DNA of 62,176 nucleotides, the filler included. It is 7 parts of 7 records of this genome, joined end to end, with 100 filler letters (N's around TTAATTAATTAA, not from the genome) between each part and the next. Parts side by side here need not be neighbours in the genome. Positions count along the whole stretch, not along the records: positions 1 to 5,769 come from SRR31156797_25691; positions 5,870 to 13,321 come from SRR31156797_25727; 5 more parts are not named here. One strand, given 5' to 3'. Below the pieces are notes generated by a model, which did no database searches, was not told the origin of the DNA, and saw only the letters and a list, made by a program, of their open reading frames with translations. The stretch's first letter is position 1. Every line of letters begins with the position of its first letter. The position numbers were made by a program, and so were the translations under genes. This document shows positions 1-8,637 of this stretch, piece by piece.

Positions 1-683
1 CTGTTTATGACCTCTTTCTTCACATCGAGCATCTTCCTTCCGGTTCTCTGCATGTAGACCTCGTCGGAAACTCCGTCAAACCCGAGATAGACTGCATCTA
101 TACCGGCAGCGGCTATTTTATTGAAGTACTCCTGGTCATTTGATATCCTGACACCATTGGTGTTCAGTTCGATGTGATTGATGCCTATTTCCTTGCCCAT
201 TTTGATTATCTCGGGGAGGTCGTTCCTTAATGTGGGTTCACCGCCGGAGATCTGTATACATGTGGGTTCGTTCTGGCATTTCTTTACGGTCTCGAACATC
301 AGCCTGATTGTATCCATATTAGGGTCAAGGCTTTCGTCCATTGATGAATTTGCAAAACAATATGTACATTTCATGTTACACCTGTCAGTGACCTCAACCA
401 CTGCCAGGCAGGTATCCTGTTTGTGGGAGGAACACAGGCCGCAATCGAAAGGACAGCCTCTTTCAGTCTCTGTTAAAGGTGCTCTGGCCCTGGCCCTGTC
501 GACATCGAAGCATTCATCCATCTGACGATAGTGATTCACATCTTCAGAGACAAGGCTTGTGAAGTCGCCATGTTCAGCGCAGTTCTTTGTTATGTAGACT
601 TTGCCATCTTCAACATATTTTGTGCCTTCAATTCTTTCAAGACACTCAGGACACAAACTCTGTACTTTTTCGATCGTTTCCAT
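1..683 (-). CDS. Radical SAM protein, COG1964 / TrsS-/Tes-like (N-terminal part, runs off the window)
   Basis: Not in the ORF track because it has no stop in the window. Manual translation from ATG at 683: METIEKVQSLCPECLERI...TKNCAEHGDF...RGCPFDCGLCSSHKQDTCLAVVEVTDRCNMKCTYCFA...IQISGGEPTLR...ELNTNG...YLGFDG. Contains CxxxCxxC, GGEP, an N-terminal CxxC..CxxH metal site and the GCPxDCGLC motif. Confidence 0.9.
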   Translation of the reverse strand, partial: METIEKVQSLCPECLERIEGTKYVEDGKVYITKNCAEHGDFTSLVSEDVNHYRQMDECFDVDRARARAPLTETERGCPFDCGLCSSHKQDTCLAVVEVTDRCNMKCTYCFANSSMDESLDPNMDTIRLMFETVKKCQNEPTCIQISGGEPTLRNDLPEIIKMGKEIGINHIELNTNGVRISNDQEYFNKIAAAGIDAVYLGFDGVSDEVYMQRTGRKMLDVKKEVIN

Positions 684-749
684 TTTATCCCTCCCAACTG
701 GATCAGTCTCAGAGATCCTGAGACTGAGGTCGCAATTTGCAATTTATAC

Positions 750-1208
750 TTAAGCTCTCTTCTCTTCCAGGATGGATTCTGCAGTCTTCAGTGTCTTTGC
801 TACACCATCGGACACGTAGAATTCATCGCATTTAGGACATACAAGTCCCGGTCCCGGTCTTGTTACACCCATGTATGTCATGTCTACGTTCCTCTCCAGT
901 GCGATCTCACCACATTTTGTACATTCCCAGTCACTTGCATCGTCATAGTCGATCTCGTTGAGCTCGCCGCCTGTGAGACCGAGTATGTTCATCTTGTGAG
1001 CATACACGTCTAAGAGTTCGTCAGGTGAATATACTGCGTAGACAGTAAGACTGTCAGAGCCGCCCTTTGCAATTGCGATGTCACCTTCTCTGGCCTTGAG
1101 TTTTGTACCACTGGACTCTGCATTTGTGATGAGCTCTAAGATCTCTTCCTGCTTGAAACCGTTGTCTTTCAGTGTGTTGTCAAGTTCTTCAGTTATCTTG
1201 ATATCCAT
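750..1208 (-). CDS. Small redox/metal-binding protein with C-terminal DVU_1557-like CxxC...CxxC domain
   Basis: WECTKC...VDMTYMG...VCPKCDEFYVS...AESILEEK. Co-oriented between the methyltransferase and the radical SAM gene, with a GGAGTG SD-like site upstream. Confidence 0.7.
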   Translation of the reverse strand: MDIKITEELDNTLKDNGFKQEEILELITNAESSGTKLKAREGDIAIAKGGSDSLTVYAVYSPDELLDVYAHKMNILGLTGGELNEIDYDDASDWECTKCGEIALERNVDMTYMGVTRPGPGLVCPKCDEFYVSDGVAKTLKTAESILEEKRA

Positions 1209-1254
1209 TTTGAAACACTCCTTGAATTTTACTTATTTGCTGCAATCTCCATTC

Positions 1255-2367
1255 TCAGAACTTCTCATACTTTCCGTGGTCTTTTGCAGCTCTTACCAGT
1301 GCATGGACATTCACAGGTGGTGCGTTGGTCGGACATTCGCATGCTGTTCCGAGGATGAATCCTCTCGGACTGTCCTTTCCGGCAATTACCTGCTCTTTTG
1401 CCTGTTCGTATACCTGTGCAGGTGTTCCACGGTCAACGAGTTTTGTGTCAACTGTACCGAAACAGGTACATCTGTCACCAAAGGCTTCTACGAGCTTGGT
1501 TGTCGGGAAGATGTTCTGTCCGTCATATCCGATCTGTACGATGGTGAATGGACTCATTGGAGCGTTCTTCCACATCTGGTAGTCGTCGGTGTGGTTTCCA
1601 CAGAGGTGGTAGTATACACCTGGACCTGCTCCTGCATTGAGGACCTTCCTGACAGCGCGGGAAACAGGCTGGAAACTGAACCTCTTGATCTGTTCTGTGT
1701 CCATAAGGTCACCACTGGCGATGACAGATCCGGTGATCATTACGTTTGCACCGTATCTATCGGATGTTGCTTTACAGGCGTTCACCATGTGGTCACCGGC
1801 CTTTTTGCAGAGCTTGTCAACGACCTCAGGTTCTGTGATCATCCACATGAAGACATCTTCGATAGCAGCCCAGTTGGTTGCTACTTCCATTGTTCCACCT
1901 AACTGTGTGATAGGTGCGAACATGTTAGGGAATTCCTCTTTACATGTGTCCAGTGCCTTGTAGTGTGTTGTGAGGGTCGGGCCTTTGACAAGGTCTTCGG
2001 TTTCAAGTACTTCGAAGTTGTCAACGTCCTCTGCTGTCTTTATTGGACGATTGGTTATTCCAGGTGGTGAAGTAGCCTGGACCTTGATCTCAGCTCCATA
2101 ATCCTGTCCCCAGTAGTCAGCGTACAGGTAGTGACCTACAGGAGTGACATCGTAGAGTTCACATGCATGGCATACCATGCGTATCGCTTCATCAGGATTC
2201 TGATAGAAATATCCTGCATTTTTCCTAAACAAGCTTGCAGCATGAGACAAGATGATCGGGTCTACGATAACCCTCTCAGATGGCTTGTCAACCCAAGGTG
2301 TTGTCCACAAACTTCCTGCTTCTTCGAGCCAATTTTGGTCTATTGGTGCATAATCTTTTGCTGGCAT
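1255..2367 (-). CDS. MtaA/CmuA (URO-D superfamily) methylcobamide:CoM methyltransferase-like protein
   Basis: URO-D fold signatures ([33 protein letters not shown]) plus the Zn-binding H-x-C (HLCG) and distal Cys typical of MtaA/MtbA. Likely start is MPAK at 2367, after a GGTGA SD; the ORF track starts at 2382. Confidence 0.8.
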   Translation of the reverse strand: MPAKDYAPIDQNWLEEAGSLWTTPWVDKPSERVIVDPIILSHAASLFRKNAGYFYQNPDEAIRMVCHACELYDVTPVGHYLYADYWGQDYGAEIKVQATSPPGITNRPIKTAEDVDNFEVLETEDLVKGPTLTTHYKALDTCKEEFPNMFAPITQLGGTMEVATNWAAIEDVFMWMITEPEVVDKLCKKAGDHMVNACKATSDRYGANVMITGSVIASGDLMDTEQIKRFSFQPVSRAVRKVLNAGAGPGVYYHLCGNHTDDYQMWKNAPMSPFTIVQIGYDGQNIFPTTKLVEAFGDRCTCFGTVDTKLVDRGTPAQVYEQAKEQVIAGKDSPRGFILGTACECPTNAPPVNVHALVRAAKDHGKYEKF

Positions 2368-2512
2368 GATTTGATCACCCATGTTCTTGTTCGGTAGCTG
2401 ATGCCGAAAATAATGAACTTTCGGTATCTGCCACCTATTTAATGATTAACTATGTGTGGTCGGTAGAACGGAATTGATCCGAATTACTGACTAAAGAGAA
2501 ATAGCAAGCACG

Positions 2513-2529
2513 AGTTATATATAATAACT
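2513..2529 (-). promoter_or_regulatory. Putative archaeal TATA box within a short inverted repeat upstream of the methyltransferase operon
   Basis: TTATATATAA at 2515-2524 embedded in AGTTAT...ATAACT, about 150 nt upstream of the start codon. Confidence 0.35.
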
Positions 2530-2681
2530 TCAGGTAATTAATCAATGCAGAAATTATTATCAATAATGTATTCAAGAATCAAATAGTGATCATAACGAAT
2601 ACCATATTTTAGAACGATACCATGCAGGAAGACTTTGATAAAGAGAAAAAAAGGACCTTTGATATTATCAAGGGCTTGGAT

Positions 2682-3052
2682 ATTGACAGGACAGGGGAGA
2701 TGGAGAAGGCTCTCGTTATTTCTCTAACTTAGCAGGACAATTATAGAATACGCTAATCACCCTGAAGCTAAGTTTGATGGGGATATTGGGAAGAAAAAAT
2801 GTTCATGCTGATTCTGTTATCTATATCGGCAAAGAAGCCAATAACATTGATGAGCAGGCTCTTGATGTGAGGAAAGCTCAGGAATTTGTCAATAAGCAAG
2901 AGATAATGAACAATATTCTCCAAATGTCACAAAAGGAGGCTGAAGCTCTGGAAGTTTCTAGGAGCAGGTTTTAGGGGATTAAGCAGAGGATAAGGGATAA
3001 TGGAGATTTGAATTTGAATACTCCGGCAGTTAAGAGGTTGACCACTATCTGA
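2682..3052 (+). pseudogene. Degraded 3' fragment of a casposon-type family B DNA polymerase
   Basis: Stitching frames gives ID-RTGE-/EGSRYFS-/SRTIIEYANHPEAKFDGDIG/RKNVHADSVIYIGKEANNIDEQALDV...SRSRF*GIKQRIRDNGDLNLNTPAVKRLTTI*. At least 2 frameshifts and an internal TAG (2972-2974). YxxHPExK...IGKE is recalled as the C-terminus of casposon PolB. Confidence 0.65.
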
Positions 3053-3085
3053 CATCAAAAAAATTAGAATAGTAACATTTCTTTT

Positions 3086-3466
3086 TCAGTTGATGAAACC
3101 ATTTTGCCATAAAGCGATGACAACATCCATTTGTCCATTATGTTGTTTTGGTTCATCAACAACTTCAATCCAAAGAGCTTTAGGTTTCTTCACTAATATT
3201 GGTTTTTCTTTCAGAATTTCAACAGCTTTTAAAGAATACTTTTTATTTGCTTTGGAAGTGGTATAATTTCCTTTTGGTATTCCTTTTACTATACCTTCTT
3301 CACATAGACCAAGGAACGCATTTCTTGGACATCCTTTTTTCTGGCTTGAAGTTCCTTCCCCAAAAACATCAGTAGAGACCAAATCCCAAATCTCTCTAGG
3401 GTTTTGTCCTTTATTTGAAATAATTGCATCGACTGCTTTTACAGCTACATCCCCATATTTTGTCAT
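3086..3466 (-). CDS. DUF6979-like hypothetical protein (element cargo)
   Basis: KYGDVAVKAV...SSQKKGCPRNAFLGLCEEGIVKGIPKGNYT...NKKY...HNGQMDVVIALW pattern. Confidence 0.7.
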   Translation of the reverse strand: MTKYGDVAVKAVDAIISNKGQNPREIWDLVSTDVFGEGTSSQKKGCPRNAFLGLCEEGIVKGIPKGNYTTSKANKKYSLKAVEILKEKPILVKKPKALWIEVVDEPKQHNGQMDVVIALWQNGFIN

Positions 3467-3629
3467 AATTTTGGCTCCATTTACTGAATAAGCATATAAT
3501 AATCCAATTATTTAGCTTTTGTTAAACGTTTTGGAAAGACGTATATTTTGGACTATTAGAAAGAGGAAAAAACGATTTATCAATAAATATAAAGAATCTT
3601 GGAACTAACTAGATAAAGAGAATCCAACT

Positions 3630-4184
3630 ATGAGCGATATCAACGAAGAAATAGTCAGACTTTTTTTTGAAAGTAATAAATTTTTAGTGAAAACAAACTT
3701 ACCATATTTACTTAATAATGTAGATAGCGACATTGATTTATTAGCATTCAATTTGCATCCAGTGGAAGAAAAAGACGAAGAAATTGAATTTGTAATCAAA
3801 GAAATAGAGGATTTAAAAAGAATACAACGAGCATCTATAGAAGTAAAAGGCTGGCATGGTATGAGATTTACACCTTCAGTGCTCAGAGAATTTAATAATA
3901 GAATATTTAATTTTGTTTGTGATACGGCATCAGAAGCCTGTAGAGACTTTTGGGGAACAAGTGATTTTAAGACCATTCTTGTGTTGTCTCATTTGCCAGT
4001 TAGAAAGGATTCATATAACGAAACAATAAAAATACTAAGTTCTAATAAAATTGACCATGTTATTGAATTTAAAACAATTGTTAGTTTCATGATAAAAACG
4101 GTTGAAAAAAATAAAAACTATGGCAATTCTGAATTTCTTCAAACAATTAGAATGCTAAAAACATATTGTGATAATTTTGAATAA
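3630..4184 (+). CDS. Putative PD-(D/E)xK restriction-endonuclease-like protein
   Basis: NEEIVRLFF (motif I Glu)...SDIDLLA (motif II)...IEVKGW (ExK motif III); AT-rich. Confidence 0.6.
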   Translation: MSDINEEIVRLFFESNKFLVKTNLPYLLNNVDSDIDLLAFNLHPVEEKDEEIEFVIKEIEDLKRIQRASIEVKGWHGMRFTPSVLREFNNRIFNFVCDTASEACRDFWGTSDFKTILVLSHLPVRKDSYNETIKILSSNKIDHVIEFKTIVSFMIKTVEKNKNYGNSEFLQTIRMLKTYCDNFE

Positions 4185-4227
4185 AATCTCTTTCTACAAA
4201 TGCACGAAACATACTGAATTAAGAATG

Positions 4228-4260
4228 GAAGTTCGGTTTTTAGACTTTACCTATATCCCC
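4228..4260 (-). repeat. Casposon-like terminal inverted repeat (single copy)
   Basis: Reverse complement reads GGGGATATAGGTAAAGTCTAAAAACCGAACTTC, resembling (from memory) the GGG(G)ATATAGGTAA start of Methanosarcinaceae casposon TIRs. Confidence 0.55.
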
Positions 4261-4340
4261 AATATAAAATAATGCAGGCAAGATTTTAACAAAAAAATAA
4301 TTCTCCAGATGCTAAATATTGAGAGAAAAAAAACCACAAT

Positions 4341-5123
4341 CTACTTTATTCTCTCAGATCTCTTCTTTAAATGCTGGAAGAGATCCAGTCCCCAATTACG
4401 GGCACTTCCTTTGAAGCTAATGACCTTCTTGTGGTCGAAGAAGCCGTCATTGTTGAAAAAAGCAATGAGCATCAGGTCATCTGTAATCGAGAGGGCGCCG
4501 ATTTTAACATCCTCGTCATCGCAGATGTACATGTGAGAGTTTTCCCCGTTCATCATGGCATCGTGCTGTTCCTTGTATTCGTCTCTCAGTCTTTCATAGA
4601 CAGGACGCGTGAGGATGAGGTTGTAGTTAATCCCTTTCCTTGCAAGCCCAGAATAATTGTTAGGACAGGACGGGCAGAAATATGAATAAAAGGTACAGGC
4701 ATTTTTTGTCTGGTTAAGGCTGGTAAGTAACTGTTCCGGTGGTTCGAAAAGGTGGTTAAGGTCAGGCTCGTGTACAACGACCTCACCAAGGTCACCGATC
4801 CTGTCAAGCAGGAATTCAGGTATTGATTCAAGATTCCGGCTGTCCCAGTAATTCTTGTTCTGTTCCACCACGTTCAGGGCCTCAATAAGAGGTTTGATCT
4901 TCTTCATGATCATCTTGCCAATGGAGGTAAGCCTGTATTCATCCTCCACCTGCTCGATGAGTCCCTGTTCAAAAAGTATCTTCACCTGGGCCATAATAGC
5001 ACTTGTCGTCCCTGTAAGAGAATCCTTTATCTCGTCAACAGTAGCCGGGCCGTCCATTAACATAAGAAGAGTCTGTTTTCTCTTTTCCGACAGGAACACC
5101 GTACTTATCAATTCGGCCTTCAT
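4341..5123 (-). CDS. Winged-helix (ArsR-like) transcriptional regulator with DUF1724-type C-terminal domain
   Basis: LSEKRKQTLLMLMDGP...QVKILFEQGLI...YRLTSIG HTH, and a C-terminal SARNWGLDLFQH motif of the methanogen COG4742 family. Confidence 0.85.
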   Translation of the reverse strand: MKAELISTVFLSEKRKQTLLMLMDGPATVDEIKDSLTGTTSAIMAQVKILFEQGLIEQVEDEYRLTSIGKMIMKKIKPLIEALNVVEQNKNYWDSRNLESIPEFLLDRIGDLGEVVVHEPDLNHLFEPPEQLLTSLNQTKNACTFYSYFCPSCPNNYSGLARKGINYNLILTRPVYERLRDEYKEQHDAMMNGENSHMYICDDEDVKIGALSITDDLMLIAFFNNDGFFDHKKVISFKGSARNWGLDLFQHLKKRSERIK

Positions 5124-5482
5124 GATATTCTCCCAATTATTACTTTGTTTTGCTAGTATAAAATTTTGTGCCCGTTAGAGTAGGTCGTCTGCTTGTAATG
5201 TATTATCTTTAAACAAGTGATTTATTTACAAATTATACAGAACTGTTAACAGCGTTAACTGGCTTGTTCCAAATTCATTCTTCCGGCAATATCTTAATTC
5301 ATTCTGTTGCTTCACTCATGAGTTTAAAAGACTTACTCTTCCAATGATTCACATACCATATTTCCTGATAAAGGATACTATTTTAATAATTATGTGAAAA
5401 GCAAAGGAACAAAAAAGCAAAAGAAAAGAGGCAAAATATAAGTAGTTGTTACAAAATGCTGCTTTTATAAAACAGGCTTTTA

Positions 5483-5769
5483 GGCTCTGTAGAAATCCTC
5501 ATTTGAGTGACTCACACGGTTGTGCGTGTCTGTCATGATTGCTGATAATCCATTCTATGGGAAATATAGAGGTTTTTAATTATCGGTCTGCAGAAAAAGA
5601 GTTTAGGGAAATATGTTTATTTATCTTTTCGGATCGTGCCGGCTTCGCCGGAACCCTCCGGGATGGTTTTAGATATCATGACATCCGACCAGTCAAACTT
5701 TTTATTCCCTGCTTCCTTGTGTCTCTGATAAATCTACACAAAATCATTGACAAACAAAGAACAGTGCGA
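5483..5769. mobile_element. Putative MITE with long imperfect terminal inverted repeats, truncated by the contig end
   Basis: The left arm CTCACACGGTTGTGCGTGTCTGTCATGATT is imperfectly complementary to AATCATTGACAAACAAAGAACAGTGCGA at the contig end. It begins GGCTCTGTAGAAA (IS5-like end), has an internal GC hairpin CCGGCTTCGCCGG and no credible ORF. Confidence 0.45.
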
Positions 5770-5869
5770 NNNNNNNNNNNNNNNNNNNNNNNNNNNNNNN
5801 NNNNNNNNNNNNNTTAATTAATTAANNNNNNNNNNNNNNNNNNNNNNNNNNNNNNNNNNNNNNNNNNNN
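5770..5869. other. Artificial contig spacer
   Basis: N-run + TTAATTAATTAA (stops in all six frames) + N-run; composition changes across it. Confidence 0.98.
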
Positions 5870-5882
5870 CAACTCATAAAAG
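5870..5882 (+). repeat. 13-bp direct repeat CAACTCATAAAAG, copy 1 (first bases of contig 2)
   Basis: Identical to 13309-13321. Confidence 0.9.
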
Positions 5883-5971
5883 AAGTATCTTTATATGTAA
5901 GAAAGTGGATAGGGAAAGGTGAATTAAAGAAGATTATTAATTGAAAACCAACTTTACAATTAGTAGATTTA

Positions 5972-7267
5972 ATGGCATTTCAAGGCATAGTTCAAATGGT
6001 AAGAAACAAATTTATTAAACTAATTATAATGTTGCTCCTCGTGGGATTTGTATTCCCACAGGAATGGCATATTCTTGACTCTGAGTTTAGTCAACCTGGT
6101 ACATATAATTTATCATGTGGTGCTTTTGTAAATGAAAATTATGGTTGGGTTGCTGAATATTTTCCCGGAAGAATATGGAAATCTATTAATGGGGGTGAGA
6201 CCTGGGATTTGCTTATTGATAGTTCAAGTGTATGGACGCATGACTTGGTATTTTATAATAATAATTACGGATGGACGCTTTGCGAAGAAATTGGCGAAGA
6301 TAGCACATTTATGAGAAAAACCATTAATGGGGGTGAAACTTGGGAAACAAAGCTGTTGCCTCAATCTGTATATAAGTTTTGGTTCAATGATTCGTTAAGA
6401 GGTTTTGTAGTTGGACGTGATTCTATATACCAAACAAATGATGGGGGTATAACCTGGAGAACACAGTTAATAGAAAACTCAAATGAATTATTTATCTTAT
6501 ACGACATTTGCTTTCCAAATAAAAAATATGGATGGGCTGTTGGGCATAGGTATGATACTTTTGAAATGGGGATAATTCTTAATAGTGTTGATAGCGGTAA
6601 AACATGGCAAATTCAAAGTTCAGAGGTTATACCTTTAAACAAAGTTTATTTTAGAAATTATCTTCAAGGATGTGCTATTGGTACTAATATATTTTCCAGT
6701 GATGTTGTTTTAATGACATATGATGGTGGTATTACATGGGAAGATATATCATTAACTGCTTCAGGACTTAATAATGTAGCGTTTTCTAACGATAGTATCG
6801 GATGGATTGTTGGTGATGAAGGACAAATTTGGAAAACATTGGATTCAGGAGGAACTTGGATAGAAACTGATTCCGGAACTGAAGAAAATTTAGAGAAAAT
6901 AATATTTTTAGAAGATGGTCAAGTTGGGTATATACTTGGTGACAACAATACAATATTAAAGTATGATCATGGTTTGTCATCTACTGTTAATGTAAACATT
7001 TTCTCTCACTTCCAACTGCTGCAGAATAGACCAAATCCCGCAAATCCTACAACGATCATAGAGTATTTTCTTGAGGTGAGTTCAAACATCCAAATAAATA
7101 TCTTTGATATCAATGGCAAACTGATCGATAATCTCGTTAATGGACATGTCGGTGAAGGTCACCATGAGATTAAGTTCGATGGATCCGGATTATCAAGCGG
7201 CGTATACTTCGTGACAATGAGAGCAGATAATTATTCTGATTGTAAGAAAATATTACTTTTGAAGTGA
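5972..7267 (+). CDS. Secreted YCF48/BNR-repeat beta-propeller protein with T9SS type-A-like C-terminal sorting domain
   Basis: Signal peptide, repeated (K/S)TxDGGxTW motifs, C-terminal LLQNRPNPANPTTIIEY...SSGVYF...KKILLLK. Start may be 5996. Confidence 0.85.
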   Translation: MAFQGIVQMVRNKFIKLIIMLLLVGFVFPQEWHILDSEFSQPGTYNLSCGAFVNENYGWVAEYFPGRIWKSINGGETWDLLIDSSSVWTHDLVFYNNNYGWTLCEEIGEDSTFMRKTINGGETWETKLLPQSVYKFWFNDSLRGFVVGRDSIYQTNDGGITWRTQLIENSNELFILYDICFPNKKYGWAVGHRYDTFEMGIILNSVDSGKTWQIQSSEVIPLNKVYFRNYLQGCAIGTNIFSSDVVLMTYDGGITWEDISLTASGLNNVAFSNDSIGWIVGDEGQIWKTLDSGGTWIETDSGTEENLEKIIFLEDGQVGYILGDNNTILKYDHGLSSTVNVNIFSHFQLLQNRPNPANPTTIIEYFLEVSSNIQINIFDINGKLIDNLVNGHVGEGHHEIKFDGSGLSSGVYFVTMRADNYSDCKKILLLK

Positions 7268-7410
7268 GCAACAATGCTTCATCCAATACAAACAATTACT
7301 AAATCGCACCTAGAAATGATTGCTGTGGGGACCTTAAGTTAATCATTCTTGATAAATAAAATGATTCAGCATATATTAGCTTATAACATTAATATCTGAT
7401 TGGAACTGTA

Positions 7411-8433
7411 ATGAATTTGATTAAAGCAATTACTTCATTTGTCATAATAATATTTCTGGTAGGTTGTAATAGGCCACCAAATGATGAAATAGTAATAACA
7501 AAAGTATTGAATTGCTCGTTCAATGAAATGGATTATGATTATCCATATCTTTATGTTGCTGCATGGAGAGATGGGCTATGGAAGATTGATTTGAGTAATG
7601 GAAATTACACTACCACTTATATACCCGTTATAGATTCAATAGAGAGTATTAATGAAATTGATGATGTAACAGCTGAAGGAAATGACATTATAATCAGTAC
7701 TCAGACCGGCATATGGCGAAGCGAAGATGCTGGTACCAATTGGACAAATATTGGAAACTATACTTTAATGGGGATAGAAAGATTTATAGGTAGACCTGGA
7801 AACATTATTTATGATAAGTATTACAGTTCTGTAGTTTATTTTTCAGATAATTATGGTACATCGTGGGATTCCACACAGACAGGAGTTCAATCTGCTGACT
7901 CATATATTGTTATTAATCCATGTGTTGATGGAGAAGCTTGGATATATGGCGTAAGAGGTGGTACTGGCTTTGGAACTCCATATTTGTTTTGCATGGATAG
8001 TTGTGGAAGACACTTAAAATTAGAAGTTGATATGCAAAATGATCTGCATTGCGAGGATGGCTTGAATCATGTAAACAGTATTACATTTGATACAACTAAT
8101 CCCGAAGATGTATTTTTATGTATAACAAATGGTAGAAATTCAATTTATAAATCAAATGACTGGGGTTATAACTGGCAAGAAATCTCAACGGATACTTTAC
8201 AAATATATGAAATGTGCCAAAATTGGTTATCACATGATAAATTTTATGCTATCTGTACAAATAATAAACTCTACTGCGTGACTGATGATTTCCAAACATT
8301 TGAACTATTGGGAGAAATCTCATACGAGCCGGGTGAAGGACCTATTGAAGTATTTCATAATTCGGCAAACAATACACTTATTATAGGTGAGACCAATGGA
8401 ATTCAAGTTATAGAGCTAAACCAATCAGAATAA
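7411..8433 (+). CDS. Lipoprotein with BNR/Asp-box beta-propeller repeats
   Basis: Lipobox LVGC; SEDAGTNW, SDNYGTSW and SNDWGYNW Asp-boxes. Confidence 0.8.
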   Translation: MNLIKAITSFVIIIFLVGCNRPPNDEIVITKVLNCSFNEMDYDYPYLYVAAWRDGLWKIDLSNGNYTTTYIPVIDSIESINEIDDVTAEGNDIIISTQTGIWRSEDAGTNWTNIGNYTLMGIERFIGRPGNIIYDKYYSSVVYFSDNYGTSWDSTQTGVQSADSYIVINPCVDGEAWIYGVRGGTGFGTPYLFCMDSCGRHLKLEVDMQNDLHCEDGLNHVNSITFDTTNPEDVFLCITNGRNSIYKSNDWGYNWQEISTDTLQIYEMCQNWLSHDKFYAICTNNKLYCVTDDFQTFELLGEISYEPGEGPIEVFHNSANNTLIIGETNGIQVIELNQSE

Positions 8434-8576
8434 TATCACGTAGTGATTATCAATAGTTTAAAGTAATCTACTTACCCCTAAACCCTTATAAACACTCACT
8501 TTGCCACAGGTGAAAAATAAACGGGCACTTTTTGGGCACCACTTTGGCTCAAACCCGCATAGATACTGACTATTTT

Positions 8577-8636
8577 AGGGACTTAAAATCCCTCGGCATC
8601 TAATGCCGTACCGGTTCAAGTCCGGTCTTCGGTACA
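8577..8636 (+). tRNA. 3' half of tRNA-Leu(UAA): integration att core, not a complete tRNA
   Basis: Anticodon arm AGGGA-CTTAAAA-TCCCT, long variable arm CGGCATCTAATGCCG, T-arm ACCGG-TTCAAGT-CCGGT, acceptor 3' strand CTTCGGTA. No D-arm or 5' acceptor strand upstream. Confidence 0.85.
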
Positions 8637-8637
8637 T

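Larger units (their letters stand above)
2682..4260. mobile_element. Casposon remnant (right arm)
   Basis: PolB fragment, two AT-rich cargo genes and a terminal GGGGATATAGGTAAAG (minus strand) ending at 4260. No cas1 and no left end seen. Confidence 0.6.

Noticed and set aside
1-683. Calling the radical SAM gene tes (tetraether lipid synthase)
   Set aside because: The N-terminal motifs are shared by Tes and TrsS-like paralogs. The DVU_1557-like neighbour favours the latter, and the C-terminus is missing.
178-2397. Plus-strand ORFs (178-525, 531-1013, 1078-1902, etc.) and similar antisense ORFs across the GC-rich contigs
   Set aside because: They are shadow frames of well-supported opposite-strand genes and have no recognisable motifs.
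2520-2680. Left TIR or target-site duplication of the casposon
   Set aside because: No GGGGATATAG on the plus strand and no copy of the 4261-4275 flank; only a short ATGCAGG microhomology.
2972-2974. In-frame TAG as a pyrrolysine codon in a methanogen
   Set aside because: It lies in a fragment that also has frameshifts and no start, so a nonsense mutation in a pseudogene is the simpler explanation.
8500-8636. Complete functional tRNA-Leu gene
   Set aside because: No D-arm or 5' acceptor strand complementary to CTTCGGT upstream of the anticodon stem.
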